Positions 38,408 to 49,325 of a DNA stretch of 64,000 nucleotides are shown piece by piece. Location: positions 5,481 to 69,480 of the forward strand of contig JAKQNO010000057.1 of NCBI GenBank assembly GCA_029565735.1, written 5' to 3'. Within the stretch, counting starts at the first letter, position 1. Each line of letters opens with the position of its first letter. This DNA is from a bacterium (GTDB taxonomy: Bacteria; Oederibacteriota; PGYV01). The notes under the pieces were generated by a model that saw only the letters and a program-made list of their open reading frames with translations, was not told the origin of the DNA and ran no database searches. The translations under genes were made by a program, and so were the position numbers.

Positions 38408-41400
38408 TCACCCTATTACCACTTCCACCGTGTGTTCTATTCTGTCGTCAATAAGCGGGATGGATAAATCCTGCCGAGCGTTGCCGTCAACAGTTACCGA
38501 CATCACTTTATCTTCTGCCCCTGACCTTTGCAGTAATATGTGATAAAAAGTTTCCCGAAAACGGTAATGAACCTTAAATGACCGCCACTCTATTGGAAGG
38601 CACGGTTCAAAATAAAGCCGGTCAACTTTAAGCTGAATTCCCAGCAGATTATTAACAATAAGCTGATACATCCACGAAGCAGACCCCGTATACCATGTCC
38701 AACCGCCCCGGCCTGTGTTAGATTCAACCCCGTACACATCAGCAGCCATAACAAACGGTTCCACCTTATATATGGCGGATTTTTCCGCCGTATCGCTGTG
38801 ACTGATGGGGTTTATTAAATTGAACAGTTCCCACGCCCGCGCTCTGTCTTTTAACGCGGCAAATGCCATTACAGACCAGACAGCCGCGTGTGTATACTGT
38901 CCGCCGTTTTCCCTTACGCCCGGCACATATCCTTTTATATAACCCGGATTATTTAAAGTTTTATCAAAAGGCGGGGTAAAAAGTTTTATCAGCATTCCCT
39001 GCCTGTCAACAAGCAGCTTATCCACGCTTTCCATTGCCTCTTTTGCCCTTGCCGGATCTGCCGCACCGGAAATAACAGCCCATGACTGCGGAATAGAATC
39101 TATACGGCACTCTGTATTTAAAGAAGAACCCAGCGGCTCTCCATTATCAAAATAAGCCCGCAGGTACCAGTTTCCATCCCATGCATTTTTATCTATATTG
39201 TTAGAAAGTGCTGCAGCTTCTTTTAAACATTCATCCGAAAAAGTTTCATCCCCATGCTGTTTTGCCATCTGAGACATGGACATAAGAACCTTATGTAGAA
39301 AGAATGCCAGCCAGACACTTTCGCCTTTTCCGTCTTTACCAACCAGATTCATACCGTCATTCCAGTCGCCGCTGCCAATAAGCGGAAGTCCGTGAATGCC
39401 GTAATTTAATGCGTGCCTGACAGCCGCAGCACAATGTTCGTAAAGGGTTCCCTGCTTTTCCGACAACCCGGGCATGCCGTAATATGACTCTTCGCCGGGA
39501 TTAACCGGCGGCCCTTCCAGAAAACGCACTTTTTCATTCAATACTCCGGTGTCGCCTATTTGTGCAACATATAAAGAAGTTACCAAAGGCAGCCATAAAT
39601 AATCATCAGAACATCTGGTTCTGACTCCCCTTCCTGAAGGCGGATGCCACCAGTGCTGCACATCTCCTTCTACAAACTGATGGGCGGCAAAAGTAAGCAA
39701 CTGCTGCCTTATCATTTCCGGATGGGAATGCATAAGCGCCATGACATCCTGCAGCTGATCCCTGAAACCATACGCGCCTCCGGACTGGTAATAACCGCTG
39801 CGCCCCCACAAACGGCAGCTTATTACCTGATACTGCAGCCAGCCATTCACAAGAAAATTTAATGAATTATCCGGCGTTTCAACATAAATTACACCAAGGC
39901 TTCTTTTCCAGTGTTCCCAGACATTTTCAAGTTCTTTATGCACCAACGCCGGCCCGTTATAACGCTGAAGTATTTCACGCGCTTCGTCCGGGCTTTTGCC
40001 CGAGCCAAATAAAAATACCGTTTCTTTTTCTTCATTATCGTTTAATTCAAATTTAACCTGAATACTGACACACGGGTCAAATCCTGCGCCGGTTTTACCC
40101 GAAAGCCTGTCTTTATACATGGCTGCAGGCGAACCCATAGACCCGTTTCTTCCCAAAAATTCATTCCTGTCGCCGGTAACAAACCTTGCGGTATCGCTTG
40201 TATCAAGAAATACAACCCTGTCAGAGAATTCCTTATTGTAGTGGTTATAGGCAAACATAGCCCCGCTTTTTGAATCAATCTCCGTTGTAATATGCATGTG
40301 ATATTTATCCCTGTGCGCCCCCATAACAAGTTCATTATACGAAGCTACTGACAGGCTGCGTTTACGCCCTGAATAGTTTTTTATTTTCAGGACACTAAAC
40401 TTTACCGGATGCTCAGGCGAAACAAAAACTGTCAGTTCTGATTCTATCCCGTTTTCCCTGTGCTGAAAAATACTGTAACCAAAACCATGCCGTGATATAT
40501 AGCCTGTTTTTCCTGACGCCGGAAGCGGTGTAGGCGACCAAAAACGTCCGGATTCATCATCCCTGATATAGACAGCTTCCCCGCAGGCGTCTGTAACAGG
40601 GTCATTTTTCCAAGGTGTCAGACGAAACTCGTGGGCATTCTCGCTCCAGGTGTAAGCGCTTCCGCTTTCCGATATAACAGTGCCAAAATCTTTATTCGCC
40701 AGCACATTCGCCCATGGCGCCGGCGTTCTTTTGCCGGGCGCTGTATTTATGACATATTCCCTGCCGTCAGGGGTAAACCCGCCCAGGCCGTTAAAATATT
40801 CAAGGTCTTTCCGCTCGCCAATACCCTCATCCTCTTTCTCAACTCCAAACCTTTTTATGACATTCAGCAGCGGGCGCTGCGGCCTTATATGAGACATACG
40901 TTCAATCTGTTCCGCAAGCGTTCCGCCCCTGTCCGTGATTATTATCCTGGCAACGGCCTGCATAAGCACTTTATCTTCTTCAGACATCTGATCCGCGCGC
41001 CTTAAAAATATGCCGCCGGGCTGGTTTGACATACCGGCGCCGTTTTTTGATATCAGGCTGTTTATTTTTTCGCTCATATCATCCCTATAAACCGAATGAT
41101 CTTCATTCCAGATTACAAGGTCCACCCTTAACCCCTTCATACGCCAGTATGAATGCGCCTGCACAAGGCGGTCAATTATATCAATATTTTCCGGATCTTC
41201 CACCCTTACAAGAACTATGGGCAGGTCTCCGGAAATGCTGTAGCCCCATAAATCCGGCTGCCCCCTTAGATTTTTTTTAATTATTGTTGCCGCAGCGCGC
41301 CACGCCGGATTTGAATAAACAATAGCGCCGGCAAGGCGCCCATAAAGCTGGGCATCAGCTTCCGTGGCGTTTATCTGCTGAAGAGCAACCTGCCCGTGTG

Positions 41401-44400
41401 TCCAGGACAGATTAAAAACCCTGTCCGCAAGATTGCGGTCCCTGTATTTTTCTATCAGTTTTTTCGCATCTTCCATACTGCCGCAGACAGCCGTAACGTA
41501 ATCAACAACAGCCGATTCCTGGGAATCAAGTTCCACGCTGCCGCGTATAGAAATTATGGGGTCAAGCACCGCGCCTTCACTGTCTGAAAGGACGCCGTTA
41601 TCATGCATAGCCGCCGGATCTGCCTTGGTTCCGCAGCGCCCTATAAATTTGCTCCGGTCAGTTTCGTATGAAGCAGGCGCGGTGGAATTACCGTGGACTG
41701 CCATAAGGTGCAATATAAAAGGGTACGATTCATCCTCAGAGCGCGGCCTTCTGGCACATATTATCGCCTGATAAGGTTTAATAATTTCCGTCCGGATAAA
41801 CAAATTGCTAAAAGCGCTGTGCGCCTGATCCGCTTCCGGATAATTAAGCACCGCTTCAGCGTAACTGGTAAATTCCAGGTGACGTTTATCGCGCGACCTG
41901 TTGGTTATGGTAATCCTGCGCAGTTCCGCGTCATCTTCCGGAGAAACGACAATTTCCATATGCGTATCTATGCTGTAATCGCGCCTTTTAAACTCCGCGC
42001 GCGATTGCGAAAAAACCGCTTCATAATTTCTGGATTTTTTAAGCGTCGGCTGATGGGCGGCAGACCAGAAATCCCCGGTCTGCTTATCCCTGATGTACAC
42101 AAACGCCCCCTCGTTATCCAGCGCCGCGTCTTCACGCCATCTTGTTACCGCGGTATTCTTCCATCTGCTGTAACCTCCGCCGGCATTTGTCACCATAACG
42201 CTGTATTTACCGTTTGATAAAAGGTGTATTTCCGGCGTAGGAGTATCGGGATTTGTAAAGACGCGCAACAGCGCCTCCCTTTCTTCCACCTGCCTGAGCG
42301 GCCCTGTAATTTCCGTGTCATAAAGAAACGGTACATCCGCCGGAATCTTTTCCTGCAGCAGAAGTTCTGTGGCTTTAAACATCGGATCGGCCAAAAAACG
42401 CCTCTGCATGGGCCTGTCTAAAAGGACGTAGGCAAAAGACAAAAATGACATTCCCTGATGATGTGCCATGTAAGATTTTATCACCGCATAATTTTCATCC
42501 GTGGCAAGCCGGGCCGGCGTGTAATCAATTGCCTCATAAAAACCGTATTCCCCTTCGAACCCGTTATCTTTCATAAGTTCCAGATTCTCACAGGCTTTTT
42601 CGGGCTCTACCATTAAAGCCATAGCAGACGCGTATGGCGCGATAACAAGATCTTCTGATAATCCGCGCTTAAATCCTGAATCCGGCACACCAAAAGAACG
42701 GTACTGATAGGCCATTGTAGTATCAACTTTGTTATAACCGGATTCCGATATGCCCCACGGCACTTCATTGCGCCTTGCGTAATCTATCTGTCTCATTACT
42801 ATGGCTTTATAAGTCCTGTTAAGAAGCGTGCCTTCATAATCCGGCATTATAAGAAGGGGCATCAGGTATTCAAACATGGAGCCTCCCCACGATACAAGCA
42901 CCGGATCTCCGCCGCGCTTTGACAGCAGCCTTCCAAGCATAAACCAGTGTTCCTGGGGCACGCTTCCCTGAGCTATAGCGGTATAACTGGCCAGGCGGGA
43001 TTCTGACGCCAGAAGGTCATAGCATGAAGCATCAGTTTTTCTTTCACCCGCGTTATATCCAATATGAAAGAGATGTTTGGACTTATTGTAAAGAAAATCA
43101 TATTCAACATCTGTCATTTCGCCGCACAAAAGTGAAAGTTCCTCAATTAAATCTATTCTCTCGCACGCCCTTGCCCCCGCGGTTGTAATTGCATTTTTAA
43201 ACTGCAACAGCCACTCTGTTTCGGCTGCGTTATTCCCGTTAAATTCAAGTATCTGATTTATAGAGGGAGTTAACCTTAATTCAAGCCGCGCCGCGTCATC
43301 AAGCACAGGTATCGCGTCAAGGCGCCTTAATTCTTCCCTTAAAAAATTAAGAACATCCTTCTGTTTGCCGTCATCTTTATCCCACATTCCCGGAATTTCA
43401 GCAGGAAGCAGTATCCATGGCGCCATATAGGCCATGTCTTCAAGCAGGTGATAACACTGCCTTTCAAAAGCCATACCCCATTTTTTCGTTTTGACAAGGC
43501 CCAAAAATTCAAGATCAATAATCATTTTTGAACTTTCTGCGGATAAATGCAGTAAAAGCATATGTAATTCCTGAAGTGTTTCAGGTGCAGATGATAGTTT
43601 ATCACCCATCCTGCTGATTCTTGCCTTTACCCTTTCCGATATTTCCGCGGCTGCGGCAGCCATATTTTTAACCGGTTCTTTGTAACTATCTTTAATCACG
43701 TTAAGGGTATCCCACAGGCCGTCAATTATTTTTAATGATATAATTTTTTCCCCTCGCATTTCAGAAAGGCCCGAACGCAGAACCAGTAAATTGCCTATAA
43801 GGTTACCGCTGTCAACGGAAGAAACATATAATGGAAGCAGCGGTTTTAAAGATTCTGTGCTGTACCAGTTATAAAAATGGCCCCTGTATTTCTCCATCGC
43901 GCTCATGGTAACAAGTGTCTTTTTGACCCTGTCAAGCGCCTCCCCCATTGATATATATCCAAAATCATATGCCGTGAGATTGGATAAAAGAGAAAGCCCA
44001 ATATTGGTGGGAGATGTCCTGCGCGCGGCCACACCCAGCGGTTCTTCCTGAAAATTATCCGGCGGCAGGTAATTGTCCCGGGCGGTTACAAACTCCTCAA
44101 AAAATCTCCAGGTCTTCCTTGCGCACATTCTTAAAAAACTTTTCTCAGATGAGGATAATACATCGCGGCGCAGAGAAGCCGGCCTGCTGATAATATAAGC
44201 AATTAAAGGAGAAACCAACCAGGTAATAATTATTATAACCGCCGGCAGGTCGGATTTTATAAATCCGGATACCGCGCACAACAGCGCCGCAGACGGAGCT
44301 GCAATCATTTTTCTTATATAATCAACCGCGGTCATATTTCCCACAAGTTCAGTTTCCGCGAAAGTATTCCATTCCAGAAGTTTTCTGCGCGTTATGTACT

Positions 44401-47155
44401 TCCGCCAAAAAGTGGTTACAATGGCCGCGACATTATAATATGCCTCATAAACTATAAATACAAATGAAAGCAGAAACTGCAGGACGCGGTCAGCCAGCGA
44501 AACATACAGCGCCGACATATGCGATTCTATCGTTATGCCTTCCGGTTTTCTTCCCATATCATAAAACAGTTTAATTGCTATCGGCAGCCCTGAAAACAGT
44601 ATTATAAGAAGCGTCCACGGCCATGAATTTTCAAGCAGAAACCAGCCGGATAAAAACGCCAGAAAAACAGATAAAGGCACAAGGCTGCGCCTTAAATTAT
44701 CCAATATTTTCCACTGTGACAAAAACGACAGCGGATTTTTAGATTTTTTCCCGTCAGGACCGGGAACCCTTGAAAAAAGCCATTGTGTTATCTGCCAGTC
44801 GCCCCGTATCCAGCGCCGCCTGCGGCTTACATCCTTAAGATATCCTGTCGGGTACTTCTCATGAAGTTCAACCTCTGTCACCAAAGCACAGCGGGCATAA
44901 CACCCTTCCAGCATATCATGGCTTAGTATAAGATTTTCAGGCAGCCGGTCTTTTAAACAATTTTCAAAAGCATCAACATCATAAAGCCCTTTTCCTATAA
45001 ATGAACCTTCAAAAAACAGGTCCTGATACACATCCGAAACTGCTTTTGTATAAGGGTCAATTCCCGTTTCCCCTCCGAAAATTTTTACAAAAAGAGACGG
45101 ATTTTCCCCGGGATAACCAGCTTCCACCCTAGGCTGAAGTATGCCGTAACCGGATACCACCCGTTTTTTATTTTCATCATATACCGGCTGATTAAGCGGA
45201 TGGCATATAATTGATACCAGATTTTTAACCGCGTCCCTTGGCATCCGGGTATCCGTGTCTAGTGTAATTACATACTTTACATCCTGCAGCCGCTGCACAT
45301 CGCCTTTTATTAAGCTGAATTTATCCTTCCCGCCGCCCCTAAGAAGCATATTTAACTCCGAAAGCTTACCTCTTTTTCTTTCATATGCCATCCAAAGCTT
45401 TTCACGCGGATTCCATTTACGGTTTCTGTGAAAAAGACAGAATATTTCGCTGTCCCGGCCCGGATATTTGTTATTTAATTTTTCTATGCCTTCGGCCACA
45501 CAGGATAACAGTTCCTCATCTTCCGGCATAGTTTCCTGCAGCGCATCCTTAAAATCAGTCAGCAGCGCATAATTTATCCTGGGGTCTTTATTTGCAAGGT
45601 AACTGACTTCCAGATTTTCTATAAGCGATTCAATCCCCCGTGTGCTTCCAAGCAACGTGGGAACAACCACAAGCGTATGCGCCCCGGGCGCTATCGATTT
45701 TGAAAAGTCCATTTTAGGCAGCGTTTTAGGCCTTACAATAATTGTGGATACCCAGTTCACGACTGAAACAACTGTCTGACTTACCGCAAAAAAAACAGGT
45801 ACTAAAAGTAAAATATGATTAAGCCAGCCCTGCAGCCCCAGCTTCTGCGCCAGAAATAAGGCCGCAGCGGATACGGCACACGTGAAAAAGACAATTGAAC
45901 CGATATATAAAGGCATTGATAATACGGTATTCTTTGCCTGCAGCAGGCTGCCGGCGGGAAATCTTATTTTCAGAACTTTATAAAGCTGTTCCAGCCCTTT
46001 ATCAATAAGGTAATAACCAACATGCGCAGTCCTGAATTTCCCGCTTTCGGCAAGTTTCAAGACCCGTGCCGCCACAGATTCTTCAGAAAGCCCGCTTTTT
46101 GCCGCAAGTTTTTCAATGACATGGCGGTATGCGTCACGGGTTTCAAAAGACATGGCGCCGTAAACTTCGCATGGATCCTTTCTTAAAACTGCTTCAACCG
46201 CACTTAAAGTTTCAACAAAATCATGCCAGTTTGTCCCTTCAAGAAGCCTTAAGCTTTCTATCGTATTTGCTATAGAAACCTGATTGGATGCCTGTTTACG
46301 GCTTGTTGAACGTATCAGCCTGTCCACTGTTTCGCCCTGCTCTGACAGTTTCTTCTCCAGCCAGTTTAAAGGCAGGTCAATGTTAGCGCTCTGCCCCTGA
46401 AGACGCCTTACAAATTCTGACACAAAAGAGTCCGACATAGGCGGATTGTCCTTTGCCATCGCCGCTATTTCGTGAATATAATTATCGGTATCTTTAACCG
46501 CCACTTCCAGAATTCTGTTTGCCCAGTAATCCGCCTTATCCCTGTCTTCCTGCGTCGCCATCATATAAACAGAAACACGCCTTAAATTTTCTATAAGCGC
46601 AAGCCGAAGCATAATAGGAATAGCCCATAACTCACCAAGTTTCAGTTTTTTTACTCTCTGATAGGATGTAATAAAAGCGGTTAAACCGGCGACATCAATA
46701 CGCCCGTCGCCATGCGATACTATTTCCATGGCAATATCATAAACCCTTGGATAACCTGACATAGGCCCCGAAGACAGCCCCGGAAGTTCGCGGCTGTAAA
46801 CTTTTGGAAAGAATTTCTGCGCAAGCCGTATCTGTTCTTCTATAAGGTAATAATTATCAAGTATCCATTCTCCTGCAGGAGTAATGGTATTTTTGGCCTT
46901 AGCGGCTTCATTAAGCATTTTATTGGTACGCAGCAGTATTTGTTCGTTATCTTTCAGTCGTATAAGGAGTTTTTCCCTGTTTTTTTTCAGGCTTACTGTA
47001 TGCTTTTCTGCCAAAAATTTTGCATGCAGTTCAAACTGATCCATGCTGAAAAGTTCTGCCCTTAGCGGATTTTCATTTATTATTTTTTTCGCCGGCAGGT
47101 TTCTTGTAAAAAACTCCTTTATTTTTCGGGAAAAATCCGGAAAATTTCTTATCAT
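38408..47155 (-). CDS. Cyclic beta-1,2-glucan synthase-like protein (Cgs/NdvB: GT84 region plus C-terminal GH94-like phosphorylase)
   Basis: 2915 aa; EWILDNYY, WMAYERKRGKL, ILSHDMLEG, RWIRGDWQ, TM block, SWGGSMFEYLMP, QSGGAYGFRDQLQD, GDWNDGMN and ENGGQYTHAA. Confidence 0.88.
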   Translation of the reverse strand: MIRNFPDFSRKIKEFFTRNLPAKKIINENPLRAELFSMDQFELHAKFLAEKHTVSLKKNREKLLIRLKDNEQILLRTNKMLNEAAKAKNTITPAGEWILDNYYLIEEQIRLAQKFFPKVYSRELPGLSSGPMSGYPRVYDIAMEIVSHGDGRIDVAGLTAFITSYQRVKKLKLGELWAIPIMLRLALIENLRRVSVYMMATQEDRDKADYWANRILEVAVKDTDNYIHEIAAMAKDNPPMSDSFVSEFVRRLQGQSANIDLPLNWLEKKLSEQGETVDRLIRSTSRKQASNQVSIANTIESLRLLEGTNWHDFVETLSAVEAVLRKDPCEVYGAMSFETRDAYRHVIEKLAAKSGLSEESVAARVLKLAESGKFRTAHVGYYLIDKGLEQLYKVLKIRFPAGSLLQAKNTVLSMPLYIGSIVFFTCAVSAAALFLAQKLGLQGWLNHILLLVPVFFAVSQTVVSVVNWVSTIIVRPKTLPKMDFSKSIAPGAHTLVVVPTLLGSTRGIESLIENLEVSYLANKDPRINYALLTDFKDALQETMPEDEELLSCVAEGIEKLNNKYPGRDSEIFCLFHRNRKWNPREKLWMAYERKRGKLSELNMLLRGGGKDKFSLIKGDVQRLQDVKYVITLDTDTRMPRDAVKNLVSIICHPLNQPVYDENKKRVVSGYGILQPRVEAGYPGENPSLFVKIFGGETGIDPYTKAVSDVYQDLFFEGSFIGKGLYDVDAFENCLKDRLPENLILSHDMLEGCYARCALVTEVELHEKYPTGYLKDVSRRRRWIRGDWQITQWLFSRVPGPDGKKSKNPLSFLSQWKILDNLRRSLVPLSVFLAFLSGWFLLENSWPWTLLIILFSGLPIAIKLFYDMGRKPEGITIESHMSALYVSLADRVLQFLLSFVFIVYEAYYNVAAIVTTFWRKYITRRKLLEWNTFAETELVGNMTAVDYIRKMIAAPSAALLCAVSGFIKSDLPAVIIIITWLVSPLIAYIISRPASLRRDVLSSSEKSFLRMCARKTWRFFEEFVTARDNYLPPDNFQEEPLGVAARRTSPTNIGLSLLSNLTAYDFGYISMGEALDRVKKTLVTMSAMEKYRGHFYNWYSTESLKPLLPLYVSSVDSGNLIGNLLVLRSGLSEMRGEKIISLKIIDGLWDTLNVIKDSYKEPVKNMAAAAAEISERVKARISRMGDKLSSAPETLQELHMLLLHLSAESSKMIIDLEFLGLVKTKKWGMAFERQCYHLLEDMAYMAPWILLPAEIPGMWDKDDGKQKDVLNFLREELRRLDAIPVLDDAARLELRLTPSINQILEFNGNNAAETEWLLQFKNAITTAGARACERIDLIEELSLLCGEMTDVEYDFLYNKSKHLFHIGYNAGERKTDASCYDLLASESRLASYTAIAQGSVPQEHWFMLGRLLSKRGGDPVLVSWGGSMFEYLMPLLIMPDYEGTLLNRTYKAIVMRQIDYARRNEVPWGISESGYNKVDTTMAYQYRSFGVPDSGFKRGLSEDLVIAPYASAMALMVEPEKACENLELMKDNGFEGEYGFYEAIDYTPARLATDENYAVIKSYMAHHQGMSFLSFAYVLLDRPMQRRFLADPMFKATELLLQEKIPADVPFLYDTEITGPLRQVEEREALLRVFTNPDTPTPEIHLLSNGKYSVMVTNAGGGYSRWKNTAVTRWREDAALDNEGAFVYIRDKQTGDFWSAAHQPTLKKSRNYEAVFSQSRAEFKRRDYSIDTHMEIVVSPEDDAELRRITITNRSRDKRHLEFTSYAEAVLNYPEADQAHSAFSNLFIRTEIIKPYQAIICARRPRSEDESYPFILHLMAVHGNSTAPASYETDRSKFIGRCGTKADPAAMHDNGVLSDSEGAVLDPIISIRGSVELDSQESAVVDYVTAVCGSMEDAKKLIEKYRDRNLADRVFNLSWTHGQVALQQINATEADAQLYGRLAGAIVYSNPAWRAAATIIKKNLRGQPDLWGYSISGDLPIVLVRVEDPENIDIIDRLVQAHSYWRMKGLRVDLVIWNEDHSVYRDDMSEKINSLISKNGAGMSNQPGGIFLRRADQMSEEDKVLMQAVARIIITDRGGTLAEQIERMSHIRPQRPLLNVIKRFGVEKEDEGIGERKDLEYFNGLGGFTPDGREYVINTAPGKRTPAPWANVLANKDFGTVISESGSAYTWSENAHEFRLTPWKNDPVTDACGEAVYIRDDESGRFWSPTPLPASGKTGYISRHGFGYSIFQHRENGIESELTVFVSPEHPVKFSVLKIKNYSGRKRSLSVASYNELVMGAHRDKYHMHITTEIDSKSGAMFAYNHYNKEFSDRVVFLDTSDTARFVTGDRNEFLGRNGSMGSPAAMYKDRLSGKTGAGFDPCVSIQVKFELNDNEEKETVFLFGSGKSPDEAREILQRYNGPALVHKELENVWEHWKRSLGVIYVETPDNSLNFLVNGWLQYQVISCRLWGRSGYYQSGGAYGFRDQLQDVMALMHSHPEMIRQQLLTFAAHQFVEGDVQHWWHPPSGRGVRTRCSDDYLWLPLVTSLYVAQIGDTGVLNEKVRFLEGPPVNPGEESYYGMPGLSEKQGTLYEHCAAAVRHALNYGIHGLPLIGSGDWNDGMNLVGKDGKGESVWLAFFLHKVLMSMSQMAKQHGDETFSDECLKEAAALSNNIDKNAWDGNWYLRAYFDNGEPLGSSLNTECRIDSIPQSWAVISGAADPARAKEAMESVDKLLVDRQGMLIKLFTPPFDKTLNNPGYIKGYVPGVRENGGQYTHAAVWSVMAFAALKDRARAWELFNLINPISHSDTAEKSAIYKVEPFVMAADVYGVESNTGRGGWTWYTGSASWMYQLIVNNLLGIQLKVDRLYFEPCLPIEWRSFKVHYRFRETFYHILLQRSGAEDKVMSVTVDGNARQDLSIPLIDDRIEHTVEVVIG

Positions 47156-47401
47156 TATTCCTCCTTTACAAAAACAAAAAAAATCAACATTATACCTATT
47201 ATTTTTAGCGGTTAACAGAACTGATTATAACACACTAACACAATTCCCGCAAACCGCAGAAATGCTTTGAAAACAGGAGTTTTCTTTAATACCTCCCCCG
47301 AAGAAAGAATATTCCGGCATTTTATTAAATTATATGATTTTTAACAGCAGGTTTGCCTTTTATGTTCAGCCGTGATAAATCTTAATTTTAAAATTTCTAT
47401 A

Positions 47402-47505
47402 CAGTCTGTTTATCAGGCGTATTTAACCAAGAGCCCAGCCCGTATATCTGTTCCACGGCACCCGCCGAACAAATTATAGGCATAACCCTGATAAGCAGCT
47501 GACAG
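47402..47505. ncRNA. Candidate structured RNA (rod-like hairpin with internal bubble), class and strand unassigned
   Basis: Outer stem CTGTTTATCAGG/CCTGATAAGCAG, inner stem ATCTGTTC/GAACAAAT and apical CGGC/GCCG; GC-richer island in an AT-rich intergenic region. Confidence 0.35.
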
Positions 47506-47559
47506 CATCCATAAACACCGCAAGTGAAAAGGTATGTTTAATCTTATTTTTTATTCTCT

Positions 47560-48987
47560 TTAAAACCTTAAATCCCTGTCGCCGCTGCGGATGCGTTCAA
47601 GGTAAGAAAGCGCCTTTTCCCGCCTTCTTGCGTCCGGGATGTTCTGTATTTCCCTGTCTATAAGCTCTTTGCCCATCACTTTCAATTCTTCATCCGCATA
47701 GTCCTTTAAATACTCTTCAAAAGTTAAAAGCGCGTTTGGAAGGCAGAAGTTGCCTATCTGTCCGGATTTCGCCAGCGGCATAAAGCGGTCGCCCGTGCGC
47801 CCTTCGCGGTAGCAGGCCGTGCAGTAGCTTGGTATATATCCGTCTTTTACAAGGCCTTTTATGACATCCATCGGCTTTCTGTGATCAGCAAGGTTAAACT
47901 GCGGCTTTTCTTCAAGCCCTTCGTGAACCTTTTTCGCCGTGTCCGAATAACCGCCCACACCGACGCTTGAACCCGCGCTCATCTGCGAAAAACCGATATC
48001 CAAAAGTTCCCTGCGGAATTCGGCGTTTTCCCTTGTGGTCAGTATCATCCCGGTATACGGGACTGCAAGCCTTGTAACAGCCGCAAGTTTTTTAAAATCC
48101 CTGTCTTTAACCAGATAAGGAAAGCTTTTGTAATCAACACCTTCAGCAGGTAATAATCTTGGAAACGATATTGTATGAGGGCCTACGCCTGCCGCAGCTT
48201 CAAGGTGTTCCGCGTGCATCAGCATTGCAATGGTATCATATTTGTAGTCATATAAACCGTATAAAACGCCTATTCCGACATCGTCAATTTTTCCGTCAAG
48301 CATCGCCCTGTCCATTGCCTCTGTGTGCCATTCATAATTCTTTTTGGGGCCGGCGTGAACCTTTTCATAAGTGGGTTTATGATAAGTCTCCTGAAACAGC
48401 AGGTATGTCCCTATGCCAACTTCCTTTAATTTTACGTAATTTTCCGCGGTGGTTGCGGCGATATCAACATTTACCCTTCTGATTGAGCCGTTTTTAAACT
48501 TTTCCGCGTAAATTGTCTTTATGCAGTCAACCACATAATCTATGGGGCACTTTTCATCATCTTCACCGGCTTCAAGCAGAAGCCTTTTATGCCCCAAAGC
48601 TTCAAGGGCCCGCACCTCTTCTTTTAACTGTTCCTGTGAAAGCTGAGTCCTGCCAATCTTATTGGAACATTTATAAGCGCAGTATTTACAGTTATTAACG
48701 CAGTAATTGGAAAGATACAGCGGCGCAAAAAGCACTATCCTGTTGCCGTAAATCTTTTCTTTTATTTTCTTGGCGGATTTATAGATTTTTTCAAGCGCGG
48801 CGTCATCTTCAAGTTCAAGAAGCACAGCGGCTTCCCTGTGGGTTAACCCTTTGCAGGTTTCCGCTTTTTCCAGAATCTTTTCTATGTACTGCGCGTCATT
48901 AACAAGTTTCTTTGCTTCCTCAATTGATTCAATAACCTCATTGTTGTCAATAAATTCATTAGCGTCTTTTGATTTGGGATTATACAT
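47560..48987 (-). CDS. hydG: [FeFe]-hydrogenase H-cluster radical SAM maturase HydG
   Basis: FAPLYLSNYCVNNCKYC, LFQETYH, GPHTISFPR and C-terminal YCTACYR...FCLPN. Confidence 0.95.
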   Translation of the reverse strand: MYNPKSKDANEFIDNNEVIESIEEAKKLVNDAQYIEKILEKAETCKGLTHREAAVLLELEDDAALEKIYKSAKKIKEKIYGNRIVLFAPLYLSNYCVNNCKYCAYKCSNKIGRTQLSQEQLKEEVRALEALGHKRLLLEAGEDDEKCPIDYVVDCIKTIYAEKFKNGSIRRVNVDIAATTAENYVKLKEVGIGTYLLFQETYHKPTYEKVHAGPKKNYEWHTEAMDRAMLDGKIDDVGIGVLYGLYDYKYDTIAMLMHAEHLEAAAGVGPHTISFPRLLPAEGVDYKSFPYLVKDRDFKKLAAVTRLAVPYTGMILTTRENAEFRRELLDIGFSQMSAGSSVGVGGYSDTAKKVHEGLEEKPQFNLADHRKPMDVIKGLVKDGYIPSYCTACYREGRTGDRFMPLAKSGQIGNFCLPNALLTFEEYLKDYADEELKVMGKELIDREIQNIPDARRREKALSYLERIRSGDRDLRF

Positions 48988-48999
48988 TTTTAGCTCCTT

Positions 49000-49269
49000 T
49001 TATTCCGCAGAACCGGAATTATTAAACACCCTTGAATAAGCCGTTTTTATCGTGACACCGTCAAGCATACCGGCCTTGCCCGAAAACGAATTGATAACAT
49101 CGTTGGGGGCGTCCATAACAATGCAGATTACGGAAATTCCCTGCTTGCGGTAAGGTATTCCCATCCTGCCTATGACATACTGCCCGTAATCATGTATTAT
49201 GGCGTTTAATTCGTCGGACACTTCTGTGTTTTCCACTATGATACTTGCCACCGCTATCCTTGTTTCCAT
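49000..49269 (-). CDS. TM1266-family putative iron-only hydrogenase system regulator
   Basis: METRIAVASIIVEN...VIGRMGIPY; directly upstream of hydG. Confidence 0.88.
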   Translation of the reverse strand: METRIAVASIIVENTEVSDELNAIIHDYGQYVIGRMGIPYRKQGISVICIVMDAPNDVINSFSGKAGMLDGVTIKTAYSRVFNNSGSAE

Positions 49270-49290
49270 TATTACCTCCTTTTATTGCGG

Positions 49291-49325
49291 CAAAAAAAAA
49301 ATCCCCGCGCCGAAAGCGCGGGGAT
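49291..49325 (-). terminator. Intrinsic terminator inside the TM1266-hydG leader (attenuator)
   Basis: Minus strand ATCCCCGCGC-TTTCG-GCGCGGGGAT followed by a long T run, ending about 22 nt before the ATG. Confidence 0.8.

Noticed and set aside
47402-47505. SAM-I riboswitch or SRP RNA
   Set aside because: It has TTATC...GATAAG ends and AAGCAGC, but lacks the SAM-I GAGGGA/GCAACC core and the SRP GGAAGG loop.
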